From positions 1 to 47,285 of IMG/VR virus record IMGVR_UViG_3300046823_000179: 47,285 nucleotides of DNA, one strand, 5' to 3'. This document shows positions 17,208-25,562 of the stretch, piece after piece. The position numbers were made by a program, and so were the translations under genes. How positions within the stretch are numbered: the first letter of the stretch is position 1; every line of letters starts with the position of its first letter. Below the pieces are notes generated by a model. The model saw only the letters and a list, made by a program, of their open reading frames with translations. It searched no databases and was not told where the DNA came from. This DNA comes from a virus. Lineage: Duplodnaviria; Caudoviricetes.

Positions 17208-17275
17208 GGTTGTGGGTCGTCTTGACACGCAACACCATACGGGGCTAGCGTTGCGTTTACAAGCGACCCACAACC
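17208..17275. promoter_or_regulatory. quasi-palindromic divergent promoter/operator
   Basis: Plus TTGACA-18-TAGCGT; minus TTGTAA-17-TATGGT; inverted repeats GGTTGTGGGTCG/CGACCCACAACC and ACGCAAC/GTTGCGT. Confidence 0.75.
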
Positions 17276-17288
17276 TCGGGAGTACGCG

Positions 17289-17495
17289 ATGAGCGCAGAG
17301 CGCAGCACGTGGATCCGCATCGCCAGGAACGCCAGCGTCGACATCACCCGCGGCGAGTCGCTCGGCTCGATCAAGGCGAAGGTAACCGAGCACGACCGGG
17401 AATGCTTCAACGTCGTGGCTGCCGGCCCGGACGGTTGTACGTGCTGGGCCACAGGCCGCGGCGGCTGCCCGGACCACCCCCACACAGTGTCCTGA
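17289..17495 (+). CDS. small Cys/His hypothetical protein
   Basis: GGGAG RBS; CTCW...CPDH. Confidence 0.6.
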   Translation: MSAERSTWIRIARNASVDITRGESLGSIKAKVTEHDRECFNVVAAGPDGCTCWATGRGGCPDHPHTVS

Positions 17496-17692
17496 TGGGT
17501 CTCCCCGGAAACCTGACGCTGGCGGTCGGTGGCGCGCTCGTCGAAGGTGTCGTCTTCTACCTCGTCATGCGCTCGGTCCGCCGCCTCACCAAACCTCCAC
17601 CGCGACCGGCTCGCCGACCGGCGCTGCGCGGTGAGCTGATCGTCCAGAGGCCCGAGCTGCCCGCCCCGCCCCGGAAGGAACTGACCCGGTGA
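17495..17692 (+). CDS. small membrane protein (Spd-like position)
   Basis: TGATG coupling; N-terminal TM helix and Pro/Arg tail. Confidence 0.6.
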   Translation: MGLPGNLTLAVGGALVEGVVFYLVMRSVRRLTKPPPRPARRPALRGELIVQRPELPAPPRKELTR

Positions 17693-17831
17693 CGCTTCCG
17701 CCTGATCCTGAAATGACGCCCGTGCAGAAGCGGGTGAAAGACAACGACCGGCCCGCCGAAAAGATCACGACCCGCTTGTCCCGGCGACCGCGCGGTGACA
17801 GCCGGCCGATCCAGAAGCGCAGGTACCGCTA

Positions 17832-18620
17832 ATGAGACTGCCAGGGATTCGCTGGGGTGTGCGCGGCGTGCTCATGCTCGGCGTCGTCGCCTCCACGGTC
17901 GCGAACGTCCTGCACGCCGAGCCGAACGGGATCAGCCGCACCATCGCCGCGTGGCCGCCGCTCGCGCTGCTGCTGACCATCGAGCTGATCTCCCGCGTCC
18001 CGGTCCACCGGGTATGGCTCACCGCAGCCCGCTTGTGCGCGGCGGCAGTGATTGCAGGGATCGCCGCGTGGGTCTCGTACTGGCACATGGCCGGGGTGGC
18101 GGCGCGGTACGGCGAGTCGTCCGACGCGGCGCACCTGCTGCCCCTGTCGGTGGACGGGCTGATTGTCGTCGCGTCGATCTGCCTGGTCGAGCTGGGCGGC
18201 CGCATCCGCGCCGCCGAAGAGATCAACGAAGGAGAGAGCGATGGGGCTGTTCAGCAGCAGCGACAAGCCGAAGCGGAACAGCGGGACGGCATCGGACGGC
18301 AACTTCACACTGACGGGCCTGACCACTCCGAAGCGGCACAAGGCGATGGAGTGGCCGCGGCCGACCGACAAGAAGATCCGCGCGAAACGGCCGAAGTAGC
18401 CCCGGCTCAAATTGAGCCGCCGAAGCCGCCCGCCCGCAAGCCGCACACGCAGAACCCGCAGCGCATCGAGCGCGCCCACCGCAAGACGCCGACCGCGACG
18501 CATCAGGAGATCGCGGAGCGGCTGAATTTGAGCCCGGCGACGGTGAAGAAGTACCGGCCGCCGAAGGAGCAGCCGGAGAAGGTCAACGGCAAGGTGCCGG
18601 ATCTGGAAGGAGCGAAGTGA
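17832..18620 (+). CDS. DUF2637-like (SpdA/Spd-type) membrane protein with C-terminal HTH
   Basis: ANVLHA...IAAWPPLALLLTIEL...IAAWVSYWHM...LLPLSVDGLIVVAS; C-terminal QEIAERLNLSPATVKKYR. Confidence 0.8.
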   Translation: MRLPGIRWGVRGVLMLGVVASTVANVLHAEPNGISRTIAAWPPLALLLTIELISRVPVHRVWLTAARLCAAAVIAGIAAWVSYWHMAGVAARYGESSDAAHLLPLSVDGLIVVASICLVELGGRIRAAEEINEGESDGAVQQQRQAEAEQRDGIGRQLHTDGPDHSEAAQGDGVAAADRQEDPRETAEVAPAQIEPPKPPARKPHTQNPQRIERAHRKTPTATHQEIAERLNLSPATVKKYRPPKEQPEKVNGKVPDLEGAK

Positions 18621-18790
18621 TGCCCAGATATCCCGACGCGTTTGGGGTCGACCCCAAACCGGCGAACTGGACCGATGCCGACAAGGCGCAGGCGGTGCGC
18701 GACGCCGAAGACAAGCAGGCGCAGATCGAACAATGGCTGGCCGATCAGCAACGCCGGAACGAGGCGAGGCGAGGGGTCAACCAGAGCTAG
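18620..18790 (+). CDS. small hypothetical protein (56 aa)
   Basis: AAGGAG RBS, TGATG coupling; MPRYPDAFGVDP...RRGVNQS; below the ORF-track cutoff. Confidence 0.55.
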   Translation: MPRYPDAFGVDPKPANWTDADKAQAVRDAEDKQAQIEQWLADQQRRNEARRGVNQS

Positions 18791-18863
18791 CAGGTCAGTC
18801 GCGGCCGAGTCCTCACCCCCGAGGCTCGGCCGCGCATCCGCGTCTAACCAAGAAGGAGGCGGC

Positions 18864-20474
18864 ATGGCGGACCTCTTCCGCGTCTGGCTCCCCGTCGCCG
18901 GCGCCGTGTCTGCCGTGGCGGCGGACGAGGGGCACATGACCGGCGCCGGAGTCGCCGCCGTGGCGCTCTATCGCGCCCGCCAGTACCTGCGCGAGCGGCG
19001 GTTCCGGCGCGAGTACATCGAGCCGACGCTGGCCGCGATGTCCCCGGCGCTCGGCCTCGAAGCATCGCAGGTGCGCCTGCACGTCGACCCGTCGCTGGGC
19101 AACCTCACGCCGAGGCTGGCCAAGCCGCTGTCACCCTCCGAGAAGTGGGTCCGGCTGCAGTATGGCGAGTACGTGGAGCCAGTGCTGCGGTGGTTGCCCG
19201 AGCGGGCGCAGCGGGGCATGTGGGCGGTCCAGCGCAAGGCCCGGCCGGTCACCGGGAAGGTCGTGCTACTGCGCCGGCCACGGGAGGACGCCGGGCCGCG
19301 GATCGAGCTGGTGGCGCGAACCCCGTACCTGACGAGCGAGCAGCGGCAGCTGGTCAACGCGATCGTCAAGGCGAAGATCCCCGCCGGTGACCTGGTCGAG
19401 GCGTGGCACCAGGTCGGGCCGCGGGTCCGGGCGGTGTGGACCGTGCGGAAGCGGCCGCCGTCGGCCGTGGGCCTCGAGCACGTCCTGGCGCAGTTGCCGA
19501 AGCTGAAGGAGTGGGAGTTCTACCTCGGCCAGGCTGCCGGGGACCTGCCGGTGGTGGTGTCGCTCAAGGACGACTCGCCGCACATCTCCCTGTCGGCGGG
19601 CTCCGGCGCCGGCAAGAGCGTGAAGGCCATGCTGATCGCCGTGCAGGTGCTGGCCCGCGGCGGCCGGGTATTGCTCCTGGACCGGAAGGGCTCGCACCGG
19701 TGGGCGCTGGGTATGCCGGGCGTCGACTACTGCACCAAGGCGCCCCAGATGCACGAGGCGCTGCTGGGGGTCTCGGGCTTGGCGAATGAGCGCAACGACC
19801 TGGCCCTGCACGAGGAGGAGGACTGGGACCCGGGATCGCGCACGCTGGTGATCGCCGAGGAGTTGAACGCGACGATCGCGCAACTGGCGAACTACTGGGC
19901 CGAGGTACGGGAGAAGGGTGAGCCGAAGAAGTCCCCGGCAATCGCGGCGCTGGCGGATCTGCTGTTCATGGGCCGGTCGGCGAAGGTGAACGTTCTGGCC
20001 ATTGCGCAAATGCTCACCGCCCGCGCGATCGGCGGTCCGGAGGCGCGGGAGAATTTCGGTATTCGCTGCCTCGCGAGATACACGGCGAACAACTGGAAAA
20101 TGCTCGTTCCCGAGGCTGCGATGCCTCGCGCATCGCGGACGCTGGGCAGGTGGCAGGTCGTCATCGGAGGAACGGCCACAGAGGTACAAGTCGCCTACCT
20201 CACCACAAAACAGGCACGTGCCCTCGCGAATCCGGGCGCGGGGCTTGTAGGCGGACTGAGCAGCGTTGTTACCGGTGACGGTAACAAGGTCACCTTGCGG
20301 GAGGCCGCTGACGCCGGGCTGATCCCCTGGTCGTACGAGGCGGCGAAGCAGCGCCTGCACCGGCGCGTCGGAAACGTTCCTGAATCGCGCGGCATGAAAG
20401 GCAAGTCGTTTCTCTACGAACAGGCCGATCTGATGCGCTGGGTGCAGAGCGCGGAATCGGAGTCCGTGTCGTGA
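18864..20474 (+). CDS. FtsK/SpoIIIE-family TraB-like DNA translocase
   Basis: AAGGAGG RBS; Walker A AGSGAGKS, Walker B LVIAEELN, MGRSAKVNVLAIAQ motif; C-terminal HTH-like domain. Confidence 0.8.
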   Translation: MADLFRVWLPVAGAVSAVAADEGHMTGAGVAAVALYRARQYLRERRFRREYIEPTLAAMSPALGLEASQVRLHVDPSLGNLTPRLAKPLSPSEKWVRLQYGEYVEPVLRWLPERAQRGMWAVQRKARPVTGKVVLLRRPREDAGPRIELVARTPYLTSEQRQLVNAIVKAKIPAGDLVEAWHQVGPRVRAVWTVRKRPPSAVGLEHVLAQLPKLKEWEFYLGQAAGDLPVVVSLKDDSPHISLSAGSGAGKSVKAMLIAVQVLARGGRVLLLDRKGSHRWALGMPGVDYCTKAPQMHEALLGVSGLANERNDLALHEEEDWDPGSRTLVIAEELNATIAQLANYWAEVREKGEPKKSPAIAALADLLFMGRSAKVNVLAIAQMLTARAIGGPEARENFGIRCLARYTANNWKMLVPEAAMPRASRTLGRWQVVIGGTATEVQVAYLTTKQARALANPGAGLVGGLSSVVTGDGNKVTLREAADAGLIPWSYEAAKQRLHRRVGNVPESRGMKGKSFLYEQADLMRWVQSAESESVS

Positions 20475-20710
20475 CGACAACGGCATTCGTATTCGGGTTC
20501 GCCGTCGGCGGCTTCGTGTTCTGGGAGGTCTCCGTGGCGGTGGAACGGTTCCGGCGTGCCCGGCTGGACTTCAACATGACTCGCCGCGGACTGCGGACCC
20601 TGGTCGAGATGATGTGGGCGCGCGGCATGCAGGCAGTCAAGGGCTGCCTGCTCGCCGCGGCCGTCATCGCCGCCGTGGTCCTGGCCTGGCGCGGGCAGCA
20701 CTTCCGGTAG
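20471..20710 (+). CDS. small two-TM membrane protein
   Basis: GTGA coupling; two hydrophobic segments. Confidence 0.65.
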   Translation: MTTTAFVFGFAVGGFVFWEVSVAVERFRRARLDFNMTRRGLRTLVEMMWARGMQAVKGCLLAAAVIAAVVLAWRGQHFR

Positions 20711-20718
20711 ACACAAAG

Positions 20719-20755
20719 GAAGCCCCGCACCGCCACGTGGGCAGTGCGGGGCTTC
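20719..20755. terminator. bidirectional terminator between the transfer operon and lysis genes
   Basis: GAAGCCCCGCAC/GTGCGGGGCTTC 12-bp stem between convergent genes. Confidence 0.75.
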
Positions 20756-20821
20756 TCTGTGAGCTGGGCTTACGGCCTGTACAAGCCGCTGGCGGTTTTG
20801 GATCTACCGCCTGGAGTGAAG

Positions 20822-21175
20822 CTACACCTGCCTGTCGCCGACCGCGCTGACAGGCGCGACGACCTGCGTGCGGATGAACGCCGCGGCGAGACCGCCGACG
20901 AACGACATGATCAGCGCCTGGTTCTCGGCGGACACGTCGAGCCCCAGGCCGACGGCGAGGGCGAGCAGCGCCTGCGCGCCACCGAGGATGGCCGGGACCT
21001 GCCCGTCGCGGCGCACGACCACGGCGATGACGATGCCCGCGATAGCGGTGGCGAGGGCGTTGACGAGCGCCTGCGTGTCGGTGCTGACGTTGAGGATGAA
21101 CGCGGAGAACAGCCGGACCGCGGTGGCGACGAGGAAAAGGTAGAGGGCCGGGTCCCGGCTCAGCTTGAACGACAT
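20822..21175 (-). CDS. holin-like four-TM protein
   Basis: RDPAL...FIRTQVVAP; hydrophobic; in the lysis cassette. Confidence 0.75.
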   Translation of the reverse strand: MSFKLSRDPALYLFLVATAVRLFSAFILNVSTDTQALVNALATAIAGIVIAVVVRRDGQVPAILGGAQALLALAVGLGLDVSAENQALIMSFVGGLAAAFIRTQVVAPVSAVGDRQV

Positions 21176-21220
21176 GGCTTGCCTCCGAACGTGTGTTCCA
21201 AGGTGAGGTGTGGAGCGGGA

Positions 21221-21577
21221 TCAACGTCCGTTCGTGGCGGCGGCGGGCGGGTCGATCGGGCCGATCAGCTCCCGCAGCCGGTCGATCGTCATGCCCGGCC
21301 GCCAGGTGTGCCGGCGCATCGTCTGATGTTCGTTGATCCAGTAGTCGGCCTCGCGGGTCACCGCTTCGAGCTGGCGGCGCAGGTCCCGGACCTGGTTGCG
21401 GAGCTGGTCGACTTCCTCGCGGGCGTCGATCGTGTCCTGCCGCAACTCCTTGACCCAGCCGAGTTCGGCGGCGCGGGCATTCACGTCGGTGGCCCGTCCC
21501 GAGGAGCGGAACGTGAAGAACACGGTGACCAGGGTCCCGCCGAGCGCGATCAGCGCAACGATCGTGGGCGTGTCCAC
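21221..21577 (-). CDS. lysis-cassette membrane/coiled-coil protein
   Basis: N-terminal TM then coiled coil. Confidence 0.7.
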   Translation of the reverse strand: MDTPTIVALIALGGTLVTVFFTFRSSGRATDVNARAAELGWVKELRQDTIDAREEVDQLRNQVRDLRRQLEAVTREADYWINEHQTMRRHTWRPGMTIDRLRELIGPIDPPAAATNGR

Positions 21578-21966
21578 CGGGATCCCCTCTCGCCGCCCGG
21601 CTCCGGCCAGCTCGCCATCACGCTCACCGCGTACGCCAGGCCCAGCCAGATCGCAGCCGAGACGTACCCGCGGTCGACGCCGCCCAGCAGCCAGCCGCCG
21701 AGGCTCAGCAAACCCCAGCCGATCTTCAACCCGATCGCCGCGGCGTAGCCGATCCGGTCCTGGCGGCAGAACGCCTGCCACAGGCACACCACGCCCACCG
21801 CACCCCAGGTCAGCGCCCACACCCACAGCGGGAAGATCTGCGCCAGCCACACGTACAGCGGCGCCGCTCGGGTGCTCGGATCCGGGGCGGTCAGGCTCAG
21901 CCCGATCACCACGTCCAAGCTGCCGAAGAACAACAGCATCCGGCCACGCTTGCCGACGCGCGGCAT
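21550..21966 (-). CDS. four-TM membrane protein (lysis cassette)
   Basis: MPRVGKRG start; four hydrophobic segments. Confidence 0.7.
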   Translation of the reverse strand: MPRVGKRGRMLLFFGSLDVVIGLSLTAPDPSTRAAPLYVWLAQIFPLWVWALTWGAVGVVCLWQAFCRQDRIGYAAAIGLKIGWGLLSLGGWLLGGVDRGYVSAAIWLGLAYAVSVMASWPEPGGERGSRWTRPRSLR

Positions 21967-21970
21967 GGGG

Positions 21971-22735
21971 TCAGGCGGTCGGCTTCGCCGGCGCGGCGGC
22001 GATCGCCAGCTTGGCCGCTGCTGTCTGCAAGGCGACCGGAGCGGCCGCGGGGATCGCCGCGTTCGCCGTGTCCTTCGGGTCACCGACGAGGAAGCCGCGC
22101 AGCTTCGCCGCGTCGCGGAGCACGTCGCCGACGGTCCGGTTCGGGTTGGCGACGTCGCCGATCTTCGCGCTGAGCAGGTCATCGGCAGTCGCGACGTCGC
22201 TGGCCTTCAGCGTGCTCACGGCTGTATTGATCATCGCCTGGATCTTCGCCAGGTCGCTGGTGGTCAGGGCCACGGGGATCTCCTCCAGGCGGTAGTTGAA
22301 CGTCGTGTTGTTGTCGGCGGCCTGCGAGTACGCGCCGGAGAAGTGGATGTGCTCGGTGTGCGCCGACGCCCCGGTATAGGCCTCCGGATACCAGTCGTTG
22401 CTGGCCTTGTAGATCTTCCGGTTGTAGATCATGTAGCGCAGCACGGCGCTTATGCCCGGCAGATGCCGGATGTGGTCGACGACCTGCTGCGCGGTGGCCG
22501 GCGCGGCGCGCAGGTCCGAGTCCATATCCCAGGCCCGCACCTCGGGCGTCGAGTCCGGGTCGCCGTTCCACTCCGGCTTCGACCCGGGGGTGTCGTCCCT
22601 GTTGTGCCCACTGGTCTCGGCCTGGTGGGCGGTGTCGCCGATGGTGCCGTCCGACGTCTTGTCCCGGTCGGGGAAGGCCGCATCGACCTGGCGCCGCAGG
22701 TTCTGCAGGCCGAGCGTGAGGATCCAGCTCGCCAT
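21971..22735 (-). CDS. endolysin, Zn-peptidase (M15/Hedgehog-like fold)
   Basis: FPDRDKTSDGTIGDTAH...SGHN..D...VRAWDMD...HTEHIHFS; upstream of holins. Confidence 0.8.
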   Translation of the reverse strand: MASWILTLGLQNLRRQVDAAFPDRDKTSDGTIGDTAHQAETSGHNRDDTPGSKPEWNGDPDSTPEVRAWDMDSDLRAAPATAQQVVDHIRHLPGISAVLRYMIYNRKIYKASNDWYPEAYTGASAHTEHIHFSGAYSQAADNNTTFNYRLEEIPVALTTSDLAKIQAMINTAVSTLKASDVATADDLLSAKIGDVANPNRTVGDVLRDAAKLRGFLVGDPKDTANAAIPAAAPVALQTAAAKLAIAAAPAKPTA

Positions 22736-22743
22736 GATGCCTC

Positions 22744-23007
22744 CTACGTCGGGTTGGTCTGGTTGATGATCCAGTCGGGCCACTGGCCGTCCAGCGCCAC
22801 GTCGAGGCGCGACAGCCACTCGGCGTCGAGGACGATGCCCTTGTCGTTCAACGCCTTCATGATCACGCCGATCATGACCAGGATGGTGAGATCGACCTTG
22901 TACAACTCCGGGCCGACCAGCAGCAGCGAGACGCCAAGCTGCCCGGTCGCCGCGGCCTCCTGCCGGCGCAGCAACTCCTCGACATACGCCTCAGCGAAAT
23001 CAGCCAT
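22744..23007 (-). CDS. hypothetical protein
   Basis: GAGGAG RBS, MADFAEAY start. Confidence 0.65.
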   Translation of the reverse strand: MADFAEAYVEELLRRQEAAATGQLGVSLLLVGPELYKVDLTILVMIGVIMKALNDKGIVLDAEWLSRLDVALDGQWPDWIINQTNPT

Positions 23008-23024
23008 CGCGGACTCCTCGATCG

Positions 23025-23570
23025 TCAGAACGGGACGACATCGACGCGGCGGCTCGCGAACGTTCCGGTGCCGCCGGAGACTCGATAGTTCATCTGGAAG
23101 TTGTTCGAGCCGGCCGTCAGGGTGTGCTCGATGTAGGCCATGCCGTGAAAGAGCTGTCCGGTCACGTCCACCGAGAGCGCGAGGTTGTCGGTCGCCGCGA
23201 TTGCCGATGCGCCGGTTATGCCCAGTCCCGTCCAAACGTTGGTGGCCGCGACGGACGTCGACTGGCGGCAGTGCCAGGTGATCAAGGCCTTCACGCCCGT
23301 AGTGGCCGTCACCGCCGGACCGGACGTTCCGGCGCCGCCGGACAGCGTGATCGTGTAGCTCGTGCTGGTGGTCGTCTCGGCGCCCGCCTGGATCGCCGAG
23401 CTGGGTATGCGCTGGGCGATCGCGTTGGTGCCGGTGACGGCGAAGACGCCGCCCGCCGTCGTGGCCAGCGCGGGCGCGGTCATCAGCAGGTTGTCCCGGA
23501 CGCTCGCATTCCACTGGGCGGCGGTCAGGGCGGTCGACGCTACGGCCGTCAAAGGGGTCGACCACGCCAT
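23025..23570 (-). CDS. minor tail protein
   Basis: MAWSTPLTAV...WNASVRDNL N-terminus typical of actinophage tail-tip proteins; Thr/Gly-rich beta domain. Confidence 0.7.
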   Translation of the reverse strand: MAWSTPLTAVASTALTAAQWNASVRDNLLMTAPALATTAGGVFAVTGTNAIAQRIPSSAIQAGAETTTSTSYTITLSGGAGTSGPAVTATTGVKALITWHCRQSTSVAATNVWTGLGITGASAIAATDNLALSVDVTGQLFHGMAYIEHTLTAGSNNFQMNYRVSGGTGTFASRRVDVVPF

Positions 23571-23572
23571 GG

Positions 23573-24001
23573 TCAGGCTCCGATCTCGCGGCGCTCAGCA
23601 GCCGCCTCAAGCTCTCGATGAAGGACCCCACCGACGACCCGCCCGGCGACGGTCCGGGCGAGGACCAGGCGGCCGGCGGCCTCGGACAGTGCAAGCCATT
23701 CGGGCGGAAGACAGTCGTGGGCGGCGTTCTCGGCGAGCAGATCCTCGACGGTCTCGCCGGGCAACCAGTTCTGGGTGCGCCGCACGGGCCGCATGGCCAG
23801 AACCGTCTCGATGGCGTCCGGGTCGGCCGGCCACATGACGTCGGCGGTCTGCCCGCACGCGTCCGGTCCGCCTTCGCAGATGAACAGCTGCTGCCCGGGC
23901 ACGAGACCGACGGCGTTGGTGCAATACGGCCGGATGCACCGGGCGATCCATCTACCCCAGTTCGCCTCGGCGTAGGCAACGCCGGTCAACGCGAGTTCCA
24001 C
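23573..24001 (-). CDS. tail-associated Cys-containing protein
   Basis: NWGRWIARC..C...C...C...QNWLPGETVEDLLAEN. Confidence 0.65.
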   Translation of the reverse strand: MELALTGVAYAEANWGRWIARCIRPYCTNAVGLVPGQQLFICEGGPDACGQTADVMWPADPDAIETVLAMRPVRRTQNWLPGETVEDLLAENAAHDCLPPEWLALSEAAGRLVLARTVAGRVVGGVLHRELEAAAERREIGA

Positions 24002-24017
24002 GGCGCCCCGCCTTCCG

Positions 24018-25562
24018 TTACCACGCGAACACGCCTTGATCGAAGCCCTGGCCGGCGGTGTCGAGGCGGAACATGCTGGCCGGGTTGTCGATGCCGCCGC
24101 CGACGAACTGGCCTTGGTCGAAGCCCTGACCGGGCGTGTCGAACGTGAATGGCAGCGTCACCAAGGGAGGAATCTTCTCCACACCGAACGTGCTCACATG
24201 CTCGGTGCCGCCCTGGCCGATCGTGTGCTGGATCTGCTCGATGTAGCAGTCCGCATCCAGGCCGGTCAGCGACTCGGTGATACGAACCCGGTCGGACAGG
24301 TTCCGGTTGATGCACTCCGCCAGCCGCGCCGGGTCGCCGGCGCCGCGCATCGTCACCTGCAGCGTCGGCAGTCGCTCGGCGCGCTTCGCGACGATCAGCT
24401 GCAGGATCGCCTGCGCGTCGTACACGTTGGCCCACACCGGCAGGCGACCGTCCGACATCGATTTGCGGCCGTACTTGGCGATACTGATCGAGTCCTCGAT
24501 GGTGACCGTGATGCTGGTCGACTGGACCGCGTTTGCCCTCAGCGCCAGATCCTGGATGATCGAGTCGCCGGTGGCCGTGATCGTGATGACCGTCGACTGC
24601 CCCGACGTCTGCGACAAGCCGATCGAAACCGAACCCGCGACGAGGGTGAAGTCGGTGTCCTGCACCGGCGTCAGAGCGCCGACGAACGGACCCGACGCCT
24701 TCGCCGTGATCGCCACCGACGTGCCGTCCGCGATCGTGATCTGACCCTGGCTCGTCCACACCTGCGACGGCAGCGCATCGATCGTCCGTAGCGGCACGTC
24801 GGTCGAGACCGAGTTGACGATCTCCTTGAAGCCGTGGTTGTACGTCAGCGGATCCGACATGACCGGCTCCGTGCCGACCGAACGCCACGTCGCCTGCGCG
24901 GTCAGCGACGCCGCCCGGGTCAGCCGGTGATGCCGATCGCGGAACACGATCCGGCCCTGGCCGTCGACCGTGATCAACGAGGCCGGCCCATCCGAGTCCG
25001 CCAACTCCATCAGAGCTTCGAACGCATCGGCGCCGTCGAGCCACCAGAACGGCAGGAACGAGACGCCGGCGTCCAGGTCCCGGGCCGCCGCCGGCCAGCC
25101 GACCGCGTCGAGCACGTAGCCGACCGCGTCGCCGGTGCGGATGCCCTGATACAGCGGTGTCGAGATGGTGACGCCGCGCATACCGCCGAGCGCGTCGAGG
25201 CAGGAGATCGGGACGGACTGGTCGTTGATGCCGGGCTGAATGTTGAGGTCATCGACGTAGCCGGTGTACAGCGTCGTCACGGTGGTCCCGACGGTCGCCT
25301 GTAGCCGGGTCTGCCTGCCCGGCGTGACGTATCCGGCGATCGGCGAGCTGGTGTTCTCCGGCGAGTAGTCCCGGGAGACGTTATTCAGATCGAAGTTCAT
25401 CTCGCCGGGATCGGTCGGCGAGAACTGCCGGGCCTGACTGCGGCCGTACTTCACCGCGACAGGTGTGCGCTGGTCGAGGGTGCGGGCGGTGACGTCGTCG
25501 TTCGTGAGGTCACCGAAGCCGTTGCCCTGCCAGTCGATCTGGAGCCGATAGGTGGCGGCCAT
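24018..25562 (-). CDS. minor tail (hub/tip) protein
   Basis: Follows the tape measure; YGRS...LNNVSRDYSPEN...IVFRDR...SIAKYG; C-terminal GQGFDQG repeat. Confidence 0.8.
   Translation of the reverse strand: MAATYRLQIDWQGNGFGDLTNDDVTARTLDQRTPVAVKYGRSQARQFSPTDPGEMNFDLNNVSRDYSPENTSSPIAGYVTPGRQTRLQATVGTTVTTLYTGYVDDLNIQPGINDQSVPISCLDALGGMRGVTISTPLYQGIRTGDAVGYVLDAVGWPAAARDLDAGVSFLPFWWLDGADAFEALMELADSDGPASLITVDGQGRIVFRDRHHRLTRAASLTAQATWRSVGTEPVMSDPLTYNHGFKEIVNSVSTDVPLRTIDALPSQVWTSQGQITIADGTSVAITAKASGPFVGALTPVQDTDFTLVAGSVSIGLSQTSGQSTVITITATGDSIIQDLALRANAVQSTSITVTIEDSISIAKYGRKSMSDGRLPVWANVYDAQAILQLIVAKRAERLPTLQVTMRGAGDPARLAECINRNLSDRVRITESLTGLDADCYIEQIQHTIGQGGTEHVSTFGVEKIPPLVTLPFTFDTPGQGFDQGQFVGGGIDNPASMFRLDTAGQGFDQGVFAW

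Noticed and set aside
16932-20710. Independent integrated plasmid or AICE
   Set aside because: No Rep, second integrase or flanking att repeats seen; treated as a captured module
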